DNA of 64,000 nt from Chrysomallon squamiferum (Eukaryota > Animalia > Mollusca), in the NCBI GenBank assembly GCA_012295275.1, contig CM022665.1, positions 14,384,001 to 14,448,000 on the forward strand, read 5' to 3'. Shown here piece by piece: positions 1-14,107 of this stretch (its first letter is position 1; the number at the start of each line of letters is the position of its first letter). The notes beneath the pieces were generated by a model, which was not told the origin of the DNA, made no database searches, and was given only the letters and a program-made list of their open reading frames with translations. The position numbers and the translations under genes were made by a program.

Positions 1-96
1 AAACGTTTGGTGAAACATTTATTTCGTGTCGCTGTGCTAACAAAGTGTCTAGCTGAAATACAACTCGTTCTTTGTGTGTCTAGGGAAAACACTGAC

Positions 97-298
97 CTGG
101 TTCTTTAAAAAATGTCTTTTCTTTCTCTCCCCGTGACTTCTTCAATGCGTTATAATAAGCTAAAGGTGCGTTAACACCGCGCAACTCTTTGGTAACAATC
201 TCTCGCTTATTACAGGAATATGTTAACGCGTTTTTCTTCATGATTTCTGTAAGGTACGAGTTGTGCCGAAGGTGCATTCTTATCTTGTTGGATTCGTT
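97..298 (-). CDS. Possible internal coding exon of an unidentified gene running off the left edge
   Basis: Acceptor atttatag at 299-300, open frame NESNKIRMHLRHNSYLTEIMKKNALTYSCNKREIVTKELRGVNAPLAYYNALKKSRGEKEKTFFKEP, then donor G|gtcagt at 96. No homology recognised. A candidate upstream exon (~518-616) does not join in phase. Confidence 0.3.
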
Positions 299-1080
299 CT
301 ATAAATGATTTGCAGGAATACGTTTTTGTTTTTCTTTTTTTAAACATTGTACTTTTTTTTTTTTTTTTTTTTTTTTTTACAACTTCGTTTATTCCTTCAG
401 TACGTTATAATAGCTTAAAGATTAATGCCCACAAAGTCGCTTCGTGGGTTTTCAATCTTAAATAAACTGCAACAAAACTTTCATCTTAAATAAATCTTTT
501 TTTTACTTCTGACTTACATTTTAAGTCATTTGGCATCTGTTCAAGTATACGTCTTCTGATAAAGCCTTCGCCGTTGTCAGTATAAGGGAATAATAGAACC
601 AGCCCAGAGAGGATATCTGTAAACAGAAAGCAAGGAAAATGGCAGTCGTCACGTTTGTATTATCGTTATACTTTAATAATAATAAAGGCTGATATATGGA
701 ACCATGGAATATGTATTTAGCCTGTTTTTAATGTGCCGATGACATGTATACACCATCTGTGTGGATCTGGATGTATATATAGGTATAGGCCTACATGTAT
801 ATATCTGTGGGTATAAATTGTGTATATCTGTGTCTGTATGTGTATATATGTATGTGTATGTATATATCTCTATATATGTATATATATATGTGTGTGAGTG
901 TTGTGTTTGTGTGAGTGTTATATATATATAAATACGGGTGTATGTGTGTGTGCTTGTGTAAATGGTGTGTGTCTTGTTATATATATGTGTGTGTTGTTAT
1001 ATATATGTGTGTGTGTGTTATATATATATATATGTATGTGTATGTGTAAATATATTTATGTATGTGTGTGGAAATATGTA

Positions 1081-1130
<50 letters not shown>

Positions 1131-3907
1131 GATGGATGGATGTGTGTGTATGTGTAAAATGAAGATACAGCTTACAGAGGTTACATTCACATGTAGTTCA
1201 CGTGTGCTTAACGTACATGCGCATGACGTAATTCAGTCCAGTGTCTCTGTGGTTTATTATTTCTATTTGTATTTTATCCCAAGGTAGAATCATCAAATTA
1301 AATAAAGTCGTATAACATTTACTGTCATATTTTTAGCACACACAGACACACATACACACACGTATGTACACATATGCATACATATACACACATACACATA
1401 CACAGCTACAGCCAAACCCACACTCACATATTCATAACATATATACACACACAAAAGTACACACAATACATACTATCATTAAAAAAAACCACGACGAAGT
1501 AAATCTGGTTAACTGCGAAATAAATATTCATAAATGTAAATACATAAATAAGTAGGTTAGTAAATAAGTAACTAAGTAAATAAATAATAATAAATAAATG
1601 AAATGAAGCCATCATTTCAAATGTCACTGAAAACCGCCATAAATGTCACCGTCTGTACGCGCCTTTATCCACAGACACACTTTATTATTGGTTCGTAAAG
1701 CGTTTGATGTGCTAGTCTACGTAAACAGCTGTGAAACACGTTTGTAGAGAACACACATTCCAGAGGCGTGGTTTGTCCACCCCAGAAAGTATTAAACTTA
1801 GTCTGTTACTAGATTAGTGGTTTAACACCTCCTAGACTAGCTCTGTTAGGGAGAAGGTACCGAGGCGCGAGCCTGTCTTGATCAGAATTTAAATAACAGG
1901 TCAATGGTTCAAGCACGTCTGCGATGGTCGCATTCTGATGCATTCAGATATTGCATTTTTCTTTAACATTTTCAGTTTGGATGATTAAACTGGAATATAA
2001 CAGCTTCAACGTGTTGAGTTGGTCAAACTGCGGCTAAGCACGTTTGCTGTGGACCAAACTTAGGGTTGTCTGTTAAAAACATGCTGGTGTAATATGTATT
2101 TTGAGATAAGAGCGGGTGATGTTAAATTCCAAATTAATTCATAGGAAAAGAAATCCCTGTATTAACCATGCTTTATGTGGTTAGCTTAACCCCAGCGCCA
2201 CAAAGACTAGAAGACAAGGTTTAGAGACGAGATAACAACTATAACCATCAGTGTTCGGTAATGATTATGTAAATGTACCATTTTGCTTCAATCCACCTCA
2301 ATGCAGTTCCTGCTGGCGACGTTTCAGTATGGTTACTGCAAGTTAATCCGTTGTCGAACGCCACTAGGAAGAACAATAATGACAGAAATAACTTGCTTTA
2401 AAGCAATATAATTCCCCAAACAAAATAATAATTAAATAATAAGAAGAAGACGAAGAAGAAGAAGAAGAAGAAGAAGAAGACTAAGGAAAAGAAAAAGAAA
2501 CAGAAATTATGACTGATTAATAAATAACCGTCGCTTCTCCGTCTCGTCTCCGTAACCATGTGAATCCAGATCGTTATCGTAAATACCACCGTTTGTACGC
2601 ACTTTCATTCACATTAAAGGTGAAAACGATACTAAGAGCTGTTAAAAAAAAAAAAAAAAAAAAAAAGGCACAATGATGATTAATCTGCAGAATATCGTAG
2701 TGTCGTCTGCCTACGCTGTGAGCGCCAGACACCGAGATTACAGCCCCAGATGGCAGCAAAAGACACCCATCTTTTGATGGATCTAGGTCCTCGTGCCCCA
2801 CCTTCGTGTGCATACAATAGCGCTCCGATCACGTTTGTGTTGTTGACGATATTTCGAGTTTTTCTTATTATACTGCGAGGATGAACGAAATATGATAACA
2901 CACAGTGACGTTTCCAGTCTTGCGAGGTAAGATTTCAAATTAGCTTCTTTTTTTTTTTTTTTTTTCTTTCTTTTTCTTTTTTTTGGATTATCAGAATTAT
3001 AAAATCTTCTTTTACACCGTTTGTGATGACCATGATAAAATGCCCGGATTTATTTGTTTATTTATTTATTTATTTTATTATTATTATTATTATTATTATT
3101 TTTTTTTTTTTTTTTTGGTGGCTGTTTTTGTTTTTCAAGTTGCATGCGTATGTAACTGGAAACAATAAATCTTTGCTTATGTGTATTTTTATGTTATATA
3201 AATTTGATGCTTGAACTCAAAAGCCGAAGACAGAAAATGTGTCTACTTCCACATATTTATATCTGACTGTCAGTGTATTTGTTCACCCAGTCTTCTGTAA
3301 CACACACACATTTGCACGCACGCGCACACGCACAGATAAACACCACAACAAACAAACGCGCAAATACACACACATACAACCAATGCTAACGTGATATTAT
3401 TGTAATGATTCAAGTCTACAGAAGCTCGTTGTTAGTTGTTTGTTTTTAGACATCGCTTGTGCGGCATCTAAGACAAATCACCTGACGTACAGGTATCACA
3501 ACCACTTTGTTTTTACATTACAAACACTGCCGCTCTCTTCTTCAGTGTAAACATGACATCATGACTTTCCATAAAAAGAACGCCAGTTTTTCTTATTTAG
3601 CATCCACGTTAATAGCTTTACAATATGTTCTAAGTTATTTGGATCTCAGCCAGGTTCCATTTTTGTTTTCGTTTTTTATTTTTATTTTTTAAAAAAAAAA
3701 AAAAAAAAAAAAAAGGTATGAGCATAGGTTTTATATTGATAGAAGTGTGTGTGTGTGCGTGTGTGTGCGTGTGTAAGTATAGCTATATATTTACTTATAA
3801 CTATGTATGTGCTTATTTTTATATTTATATGTTTTAGCATGTATGCTTATGTTTATTGCAAGAACAGTTACTATGCTTTTCTATGATTTATTATATTTTG
3901 TGGATAG

Positions 3908-4009
<102 letters not shown>

Positions 4010-4354
4010 AGAGTACAAACACTACAAAATGTGCTAACACGCGTAATAGAGTTAGGGCAAACTATTTTAGACGCTTGCAGTTCTGCTTTCTAAAACAGTT
4101 TTCCACTTAACATATGGCACATCTAAATAAATATCACTAACGAGCGTTTTAGAGTATCTGTCTACAGAGACCACTTGGTTATTATGACCAGCTCAAACAA
4201 GTCTGAAGAGACCACTTGATTATTAAGACTGACTCGTATAGTATATATTTTTAAGTATCATTCATTTCGTTATTAAAAATGATTGTAATATTTATTTTAT
4301 ATGATTATATTTCACCCCTTAATTTCATTTGGACAGGTTAGCACTGCCTTTTAC

Positions 4355-4389
<35 letters not shown>

Positions 4390-4912
4390 TAATAAATAAA
4401 TAAATAAATAGTGGCAATAACAGCAGCAACGACAAGAATAAACACAATTTTAAAAGACAGTGGAAAAAATAAACACACACGCACACACACACGCACACAA
4501 AGACACACAAAAATGCATTTATTCGCCAATAAAAAAAATAAAATAAAATAAAAAAAACATCCCCGTCAATAAAATAGACGCATACACCAAAAATAAACTT
4601 TATCATCATTTTATATAAATGAAACTTTCATTTTATTATATTACTATCAGACTAACCTCGAGCTAGTGTTTATTCTTAAACATTTCAAACAAAGATCTTC
4701 TTTCCTAGAACAACATCTAATCTAGCCAGCAATGTTTGAAAGTTCACAAAGTTTAACGTCAGATTTATTTTCATTGCTACTCGATGCTCAGTTACAGTGA
4801 TATCTTTTAAACTCTACACCAAACTTCCTACATGGTCATATCTTTACGGCAGTTATCCGGTTTTCTGTGTTCCGTAGTTTACCAGCTATCCTGCTTCTGT
4901 GCACTCCACTGG

Positions 4913-5056
4913 TGACGTCACTTCAACTATGACGTCATCCGCTTAAGAATGCACATACAGGAAATGGTTTTACGTTGAATCTGCTGCTCATACCGCAAGC
5001 TGTTTTGTTTTGTGTTTGACTTACAGGACTGCTGTTTCATTGTTGTCAAAGTGAGT
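4913..5056 (+). promoter_or_regulatory. Putative promoter and non-coding first exon of the WH1 gene, with two tandem CRE palindromes
   Basis: TGACGTCA at 4913-4920 and 4930-4937, ETS-like CAGGAAAT at ~4958, donor AA|gtgagt at 5051. A matching acceptor (ttttcag) ends at 6402, upstream of the ATG at 6649. Confidence 0.45.
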
Positions 5057-6070
5057 GTTACGAATAGATTTTTCTGTATATAAAAGATTATTGTATGTAG
5101 TGTTCAACTTTAGTTAAAGCGATAGTGTGTTTGTTTTAACGTACTGGAAATGATGTGTCGTAACATACCGAAAGCGGAAAAAAAAAAAAAAAAAAAATAA
5201 TAATAATAATAAATAAAAATAAATATAAAATAAAGTAAAATAAAATAAATGAAATGCTTTGACGACTAACTAAATACCCTGTAATCAGACCAGGACAAAA
5301 AAGTATGCTGAAATGATGCTATTTCGTCTTCATTTACTAATATGGGAAACGAACAACGACTACTACTACAACAACAGCGACGTCATTGTATTTGACACCG
5401 GAGTAAATGATCTGTAATCATATTTAGTAATCCATTAACTTAATTCAGTGTTCAGAATAACGTTACACGGACTCTGTTAATTGATATGTTGTAAGAAAAA
5501 ATCTACTAAGTATAACGCCAATAGTGAGGTCATTCTACGTGATTAAATATTCTGTACTCGTATATTGTAATGCATCTTCAGTTTAAGAATTAATCACCCT
5601 AGAGTGAATGAAACTAAAGGGAGGATAGCACGAAATATACCAAGAACATAAATGTAGTCGCGAGTGAATGTAATTATGTTACAGATATTCGAAGGTGAAT
5701 GAGTTTAAAAGACACTGATGTATCGTAAACTAATGCAATTCAAATATTAAGATGACGTTCTGTTTTATGATAACTTATGAAAATGATATATAAATAATGA
5801 TGAGTTCACTGTGTTTGACAGCTATTTGTAATAACGTTTAAACCATTCACATTTTTGGTGTTAAATAAGGATTAAAGTTGTGTACATGAGCATGCAGATT
5901 TATGTGTTATGTAACGTAGAGCCGATTTGCAAAACAAGTGAACAATGAATGTTAGTTTACTGAATACACTTTTAACGTTTATGTTTTGTTATCACTGAGA
6001 GAAAAGAGAAAGAGACTGACAGAAATACAGATCTATGCTTAATTGCTTAATTGTCATATATAGACTATAA

Positions 6071-6171
<101 letters not shown>

Positions 6172-6648
6172 ATGTTTGTGTCTGTCTACGCTCTCATATT
6201 CGTTAAATGCGGCATTCTTGATCAGAATGACCTCTCTCGCCTACACGCCATGTTTTAATAATATCACTCAACATTTTAGCTGTTTAATGACTGATATCAA
6301 AACTGTTTATTCCAGTTTTTCTGGGTCATACTCCATGCTCCATTGACCACGTTACAATAATTTTGCTCTTTTTAACAACTGTGACGTGTTTCTGTTTTTC
6401 AGATTATTGATGGTACAACCTGAGGAAAATACTTGAATAGAAAAAAGAAAGCTAGACCGGAGCTGAAAAAATAAAGCATTTTAGAGCAGCTGGGACACAG
6501 GCAAGCCAGTTTGAATCGGTAGATGAATTGTGTGTGCCAGTTACATATTGATATCTTACAAAAAAAAAAAAAAAAACAGTGAGATTTATTGTTCTGTGCT
6601 CATGTTCCATTTTGTTCTCGATGGGGATGGATAGTGTTTTCTGGCAAT

Positions 6649-7710
6649 ATGGATGTTAATTTCGTATGTGCCTCAAGTGAAAACGAAATCAGGAGCAACA
6701 ACTCGGGTAATTCCCAAGAAAGGGTGGCTGGTTCTATGTCTCGGAATACTCCAGACAAATTGTACTGTGCTCCTGAGTGCGTGCTAAAAACAAAACAATC
6801 AGTGGATTTGGCTAAAGAAGGTATCAAGAAAATCGTTGGAAAATATGAATCGCCCGAAAATCTGAACCTAGCGCAGTCTTCTGCAGATTATTTTGTCGAT
6901 ATGAACGGACTAGATAAAAGTTCTGGGGGACCGAACAGTTCTTCGGCAATGTCCGATGCATCTTCGGATATTTCCGAAGCGACTCCGAGTTGGACGGCCG
7001 GCGCTGGAGTAGCAAACCACAATTTCGCCGAAGGCGTCACCGACCAAGACATTATGCAAGTGGAGATGTTTTACAGAAGTCACAAGACGGAAGTGACTGT
7101 GTGTCGGTGTCTCGCCAACGTTTACTACGGTTCTGTGATGGATTCTGGAAATAACAAATGGGAATTTTTTAACACGGGGATACCGTTGCTGTTGCTGGAC
7201 AGTGGTGAACATCACCGACAACGTAAACTATACATCATCTTAGCGGAAAAAGGCACGGGATTTGTTTTGTGGAAGGACGTCATCGACACGCTGACTAACT
7301 ACACGGCACCGCACAACACCTTCCACACTATGCACCTCAGCAGCGACCATACCAAACAGGTGGGCTTCAGCTTCGACGATGGAAGTGCCGCTTCGGAATT
7401 CTTCGGAAGTCTGACGGCGCTGACGAGCAATCCCGATGATGATCTTTTTAATTTAAGCAACTCGAAAAAGAAAAAGAAGAAGGACAAACAGAAACAGAGC
7501 AAACAGAAGTACAAAGCACCAAAGAAAGCGGACATATCTCAGCCCTGCTGCTTCGTACACGTCACCAAACTGGAAAAACCTCAACTGTTTCCACCTCCGC
7601 CGAACCCAGTCTCACATTCGGCGGACGTGTTCAATAACAAACTGAGCATGCGCCGAAGCGACAGTTCCGAAATGTCCGACTCCACATCTCAGTCGGAACA
7701 TTCAAAATAA
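6649..7710 (+). CDS. WH1/EVH1-domain protein with a basic stretch and CRIB-like motif (MESR3-like; resembles the WASP N-terminus), single coding exon, ~353 aa
   Basis: Long, GC-richer ORF with first ATG at 6649. WH1-like region (W...TGIPLLLLDSG...LYIILAEKGTGFVLWKD...FHTMHLS...VGFSFDDGSAASEFF), Lys-rich SKKKKKKDKQKQSKQKYK, CRIB-like KADISQPCCFVHVTKL, then FPPPPNP. AATAAA signals follow the stop. Family assignment is from memory, not a database search. Confidence 0.85.
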   Translation: MDVNFVCASSENEIRSNNSGNSQERVAGSMSRNTPDKLYCAPECVLKTKQSVDLAKEGIKKIVGKYESPENLNLAQSSADYFVDMNGLDKSSGGPNSSSAMSDASSDISEATPSWTAGAGVANHNFAEGVTDQDIMQVEMFYRSHKTEVTVCRCLANVYYGSVMDSGNNKWEFFNTGIPLLLLDSGEHHRQRKLYIILAEKGTGFVLWKDVIDTLTNYTAPHNTFHTMHLSSDHTKQVGFSFDDGSAASEFFGSLTALTSNPDDDLFNLSNSKKKKKKDKQKQSKQKYKAPKKADISQPCCFVHVTKLEKPQLFPPPPNPVSHSADVFNNKLSMRRSDSSEMSDSTSQSEHSK

Positions 7711-9049
7711 AACAAAGAATAGAAAATGTTTTATTCCACTCGAAGTTTGCCTTAAAGTAAGTTCGAAGATGTAAACAACTTTGGACCAAATAATAAACCC
7801 AGTGTATGAAAACAAAAACGGCAAATTCCCGTTTAGTTTCGAGGCAGTTAAGACACACGTAAGTTTATCTCGAAAGATAATGCGGAATAAAACGTTTCCC
7901 AGCGACAATAACTGACAAAGTTCACGAGATAATTATTAGCATCTAGACAACAATTAGAAATTCCTGACACTATAGAGAGATAGGGTCTTTTGTGTGCGAC
8001 TTATTAAATGTTCTGACATGAATATAATAAACAATAGGTCATACCAGATAAGGGTAAAAACAATAATAATAAAAATAATTTTAAAAGTAAGATAATAAAT
8101 AAAATAAACAAATTTAATAGTAATATTAAAAAAAAAAAAAAAAAAAAAAAAATAAAAAGAAAGAAAGAAAGAAATAAGAAAAAGGTGAAAGGTAAATACA
8201 AAATAGAGAAATACATTTTTAAGTAAAATCCATATTGGTGCTATCCTAAAACAACAACTACAAAACATATATATATATATAATTCATTTTGACATCAAGG
8301 GGATTCGAACCCGGATCCCCGAGGTGTTGTTCTCTGTGAGATTTGTAGAAGCTATGCTTCGTTTGTACAAATAAAGTATACATTGCCTTCTTAACTACAC
8401 TTTAAAGTTGGTTAGTGACTGAGGTGCGAGCAACGGTGACAAAAAAAAAAAAAAAAAAAAAGGAATAAAAAAAAAAAAAAAAAAAAAAAATTATATGTAT
8501 ATAATTTTTGTTTATTTTATTATTTCATTTTGACTATGTTTGTATCGTGACGTCATTCCTACCAAAATTAGAATACGTCTGTTTTCTTAATTACACGTTA
8601 TTTCTTGTTTATTATTGGAGCGCTTTACACATAAATAACACTGCATTGATGACGTGTAGTTGTTGCCGTCGTTGTTGAATTGTTTTTAATCAACAGGAGA
8701 CCGACCACACGAAAAAGTTACATAAATATCTGGGATCAATAACAGTAATTTTCATTAGAGATACATTTTTTTTTTCTCTTTGTTTTGTTTTCTATGACGT
8801 ATATTGCTAGTAATATGTTTGGTGTTTGAGGTAACAGCTATTAAAGCAATGACTAATCTGTCTTTGTTTTATTAGTATTTTGTTTTTATAATGATGTGAA
8901 CGAATTATAGAATTAAACATTAAGATGTTCACGAATGTTTACGAATGAATATAACAAAAAATAATAAAATACAAAAATACAAAAACAACAAAAACAACTA
9001 CAACAAACAAACAAAATTATAAAAAAAAAAAGAAAAAACCCACCCCCCC

Positions 9050-9097
<48 letters not shown>

Positions 9098-9302
9098 AAC
9101 CCAAACCCCCACAAAACCCCCACAAAAACAAAAACAAACAAAACAAAACATAATAATAATTTTCTTTGTAGTAGGAAAGTGATTATAAATGAACAAACAA
9201 ACAAACAAACAAACAAGTAAAAAAAAATTAAAAAAAATGAAATAAAATAAACAGGTAAATAAACAAATAAATAAATAACCTAACCAAATACATTTTGATT
9301 TA

Positions 9303-9340
<38 letters not shown>

Positions 9341-9640
9341 ACAATTAAATAATAATTAATCACAACTACTACTGTTGTTACGTTTTACTTTATATTTTAA
9401 TATTTAAAAGCAATGTCCACACTCGGCAGTCTTTCTCTGTCTGACTCAGAATATGACTGCTATTTCTTTTCATTAAAAAGTTTCTAATCATTATCGCCAT
9501 TCCTCAAATTCCTAACACGTTGCGTAAGGGTTTAATTGGAACCTAAATTTGTCACTGAGCAGTAATTAAAAAATACTTCTGTGTTTTACATTCCTTTATT
9601 TATTTATTTTGACTTTAAATCTTCAGATAAAAAAAAAAAG

Positions 9641-9675
<35 letters not shown>

Positions 9676-9767
9676 GAAATAGAAAAAATGAAAAAGAAGA
9701 AACCAAAAATACCAGAAAACATAGATGAAGCGAGCTCTCACTAATTTATGTCTGTTACGTAAATTAA

Positions 9768-9804
<37 letters not shown>

Positions 9805-10251
9805 TGTTGTTGTTGTTGTTGTTATTGTCCGTAAAGCAATATACCCGTGACGAGGAATAATCTATAATATAGAAATTTAAGTGCTCTGAGTTCAACATAA
9901 AATTATGAAAAGAAGAAACAAAGAAGGCAAAATAAACAAAAGGAGTAAAGATCAAAAGAAAAGCGAAGGGGTTTGGAAGAATCTAGATAACAGAAATATA
10001 ATTTGTCCAGTATCTATATTTCCCAGCAATCTGAGTCAACAATGTTTTTTTTTTTTTTTTTTTTTTTTTGTTTCATATATATTTTAAGTATTTTAATTAA
10101 AAAGGCCATGGGATCCATTGTTTAATAAATAATTCAAAGCAGGTTTTGTTACAAAAAACACCAACAGTGATAACGTACGTTTTGAATCTCACTGAAGACT
10201 TTGTACATGTTGTGCATCTAAGCAAAGAATGTCATCTTCGCTGTATTACCA

Positions 10252-10330
10252 GACATAGCTCAGTGATATAAATGATCGCCTGATATCCAGCCGAATCGGG
10301 ATCAAATCCCCTCGCTGACCTTTTTGATCA
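10252..10330 (+). mobile_element. Degenerate tRNA-derived SINE head
   Basis: A-box-like TAGCTCAGTGA and B-box-like GGATCAAATCCC at tRNA-like spacing, without a full cloverleaf. Similar B-box relics on the minus strand at ~8298-8320 and ~27495-27513. Confidence 0.45.
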
Positions 10331-10760
10331 GTGTTCGGTTACAACTTGTTCTAATAAACACGTAGGGCCGAAGTAACGTATGTGTCTTTGGGGCAACAGA
10401 CTCGCGAAGAGCCACGAAGTATCCCGAATGTGCTGGAAGTGTCTGACGAACATGATTCCCTTGGAAACATTTTAAATGTAAATACTACAAAAACAGTTTT
10501 AATGGGCCTCTCGACATTATATTGCTTTTTTATAAAAAGAAATAAATACTGCAGAGGAAAATATTAAGGAGCATTTAGTTAAAATATAACTGTTTAGACG
10601 ACGATCTCAACTGATGGTCACATTAGTCACTGCTGCCATGACACCCCTGGCGTCCCAGTTCCGGCTGTTTACTTGTAGTCATGGAAACTAGTGTCCCTGC
10701 ATATTTAAGTATAAACCCAGATGAGCGTTAATTAATTAACAACGACAACAGTGACAACAG

Positions 10761-10806
<46 letters not shown>

Positions 10807-10828
10807 AATAATAATAATAATAATAATA

Positions 10829-10860
<32 letters not shown>

Positions 10861-11306
10861 CTCTGTTACTTAAAGGTTTCTATTCAGTTTTTTTTTTCTG
10901 TTTATATTCGCTTTGAAACTGATAAGTTAAACTGTTTCTGACAATCAGTTTTAAATTTCACCAGTTTTCACGTGACCTGACCTCAGTTTTTGTGTGCCAG
11001 CCTGTAGCAACATGTACTAATTATAAAACAAAGCATGTCACAATAACAAAATACACTTCACGTCGTTTCAGTATTCATAAGTATGTGTATAAATATACAT
11101 GTATGTATTTATCTTATTTTGCTTGTTTATTTGTCTTTCTTTTATTATTATTACTACTGCTATTACAATAATGATAATAACAATAACAACAATATTAACG
11201 ACAAGAAGAAGAAGAACAACAACAACCACAACAACAATAATGATAATAATAGTAGTGGTGCTAGTAGTAGTAGTACTAATAGTAGTAATAATAAATAGAA
11301 GATAAA

Positions 11307-11372
<66 letters not shown>

Positions 11373-11569
11373 AAGAAGAAGAAGAAGAAGAAAACAGTAA
11401 ACGGGTCAGTCTAATTAAGCCTTTCTAAAGAATTTTTCACAGTAAACAGATTATGTTGTTTAAATGAATTGTCCCTTTTTTAAGAGATGACGTTTTTCAT
11501 TCATAAAAAGTTTCATAGGCGACTCGTTACAGTGGTGCAGTTCAAACAGAATAGCTGAATAGGAAACTG

Positions 11570-11654
<85 letters not shown>

Positions 11655-13022
11655 ATGCATATTTTTTTAATGACACTTCAGCTCATTTTGTTATTAACTA
11701 TTATTATAATAAACATGGCTTTGTGTTATTAACGATATTAAACTGCTACTAGTCAGAAATAAAGTATGTTTTTAATGTTGCCTTCGCCGCACAGACTTGG
11801 AGATACAACAGTTTTCGATGTACCTGTTCTGGTTGGAAATACGTTAGGTACTGGATGAATATTCATATATTAATACTGAACTACAAGACAGTCTGGTAAT
11901 CTCTAAATAAGAAATAAAAAGTGAAAGAGAACACGAACACTATGATGGACGTTAAACAGTAATAATGTCAGAATTTAGTATGTCTTAATCATGTATATAG
12001 ATATATGTTTTGCGTCTAGTTAAACCTCAAACCTTTGTGTCCGTTTATGATTTCTAATGTGAAATGAAGACTATATATATATATATGTGTTTGTGCTACA
12101 ACAACGTCTAGCATTAATATATTCATGAAAAATCATGGTTTACCATGTCGCCATTAGGAACATATTTGAAAACTAATCTTTTGTTTCTACGGTGGTAACT
12201 CAGTCTTTTAATACTATTTTGCTTTAATAAGTTAATACATGGATTACTTTCCTATAGTGTGAACCGTAAATAAATAAATAAATAAATACGTATGTTCTCT
12301 GTTTTATAATTTAATATATGTCAGATATAGCTCAAAACAAATAAATACAAAATATACTTCTTTCAATTTCCTTATCAACAAAAAAAAAAAAAAAAAAAAA
12401 ACAAAACAACTATTACAACTACAGGAAGAAGAAGAAAGTATCCGAAGTCGATATAATAATAACTACTACTACTACAATAATGATGATGATCATAATAACG
12501 ATAATAATAATAATAATAAATCAAAAAGTAATGTTACAAAATGTTATGCCGTCTTTAGCATCTTCATATAATTACACTGATGCATTAAGATTTCATTTAC
12601 AGTAAATCATTGTCATCATCATGATCATCATTATAGGTACAATGTAAAAAAAAACAAAAACAACAACAACCAAAATCTCACCCTAAGAATTTTACAAATA
12701 AATGAACTGATGATGTCACATTTAAACATTTAATATATTAATACTTACTTTCTTAAACTTTTACCAGTGCAGATGTCGAGATCAAGTTGTCCTTTTAGTA
12801 ACTTCATTTTAAGAAATATTAGGTTTGAAACTGATCTTAAAATCTGTAGTCTCAGTTACGTTCTAAAATATACACAACAATACTATGACGTCATAACTAT
12901 AATTACGTAAAATGCGTTTTGTAAGAAAAGTAATTATTGATTTTATTGCCCCTCTTGGAAACCGGTCAAACTTAGATGTTTTTATTTTTTATTTTCTTCT
13001 TGATCTTCTTCTTCTTCTTCTT

Positions 13023-13053
<31 letters not shown>

Positions 13054-13116
13054 TTATTATTATTATTACTACTACTATTAGTTATTATTTGTTTACATTT
13101 CACACAAAAAAAGACG

Positions 13117-13158
<42 letters not shown>

Positions 13159-13366
13159 TCAAATAAATAAATAAATAAATAAATATTTCTCTACTATAAT
13201 TTAATAATAACAACAAAACAATGATAACAAAAAAGATAATAATATAAACTCTTTCCACACGAAGTGTGTCAGGAGCGTGCGAGAGTGCAGGCTTGTGTGT
13301 CTGTGTATGTATACATACACGCGTGCAATCAGAAACGTATGCGTTTATGTGAACCCACAGACACGC

Positions 13367-13399
<33 letters not shown>

Positions 13400-13821
13400 A
13401 ATATTTTTGTGTCTTTTTATCTAAAAATAATAAAGAACGTTACAAATTAATATTATTTTATGTCATTATTTTACAACGTATGGACTATATTTACTCAATT
13501 GTATGACACTGTCTGATTCAGTGTTTAGCTTGTACGATCGGTCGGTTAATAAGTCCTGACCAAAATACAAATATTATTCATATAGGAAGGGTCCAGATTA
13601 ACATTCGTCGTGTACGCATTAACATTTAGGCAATGTTCACTTCAGTGAATCTGCTGGTTCGTATCCAGAATTGAAACGAATGCTGGTAGTGGGTATCAGA
13701 GTAGGTAATGGATTAATTTTCAATAAAGAAATAGAAAAAAAATATCAGACAGTTTTTGAATTTTAAAATTTCATATAATATTATCCAGTATTACGTGTTG
13801 TTCTTTATTATTATTATCATT

Positions 13822-13877
<56 letters not shown>

Positions 13878-14107
13878 CACAAAACTTATTACCTCTCTTT
13901 ACATAACCACTTGATACGACCCTGGAGAATACAGGAACGTTAATCCTTGTGACAAACAGGTAATTTGCCAATATGTACGTTTAATAAGTTCTGAGACATT
14001 TGTTTATTATCTAGAAAAAGTGGATTATAGTCGACTAATTTCGTTCAATGACGAATTCTTTTTTGTTTTGCCATTACCTGTCATGTAGACTTTCTGTGAT
14101 CGCGAAA

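Noticed and set aside
898-1287. Cys/Val-rich ORFs, and the many poly-ER, poly-LS, poly-N, poly-I and poly-F ORFs across the window
   Set aside because: They are translations of (GT)n, (AG)n, (AAT)n and poly-A/T tracts, with no splice or homology support.
2574-2901. Overlapping minus-strand ORFs of 73-79 aa in a GC-richer block
   Set aside because: No recognisable homology or consistent splice chain. The block is more simply a 5'UTR or regulatory region.
6589-6648. ORF-track start at 6589 for the WH1 protein
   Set aside because: It is a TTG codon; in a eukaryote the first in-frame ATG at 6649 is the likely start.
8295-8325. GGTTCGAATCCC (minus strand) as a tRNA gene
   Set aside because: Only a T-loop/B-box is present, with no acceptor, D or anticodon stems; most likely SINE debris.
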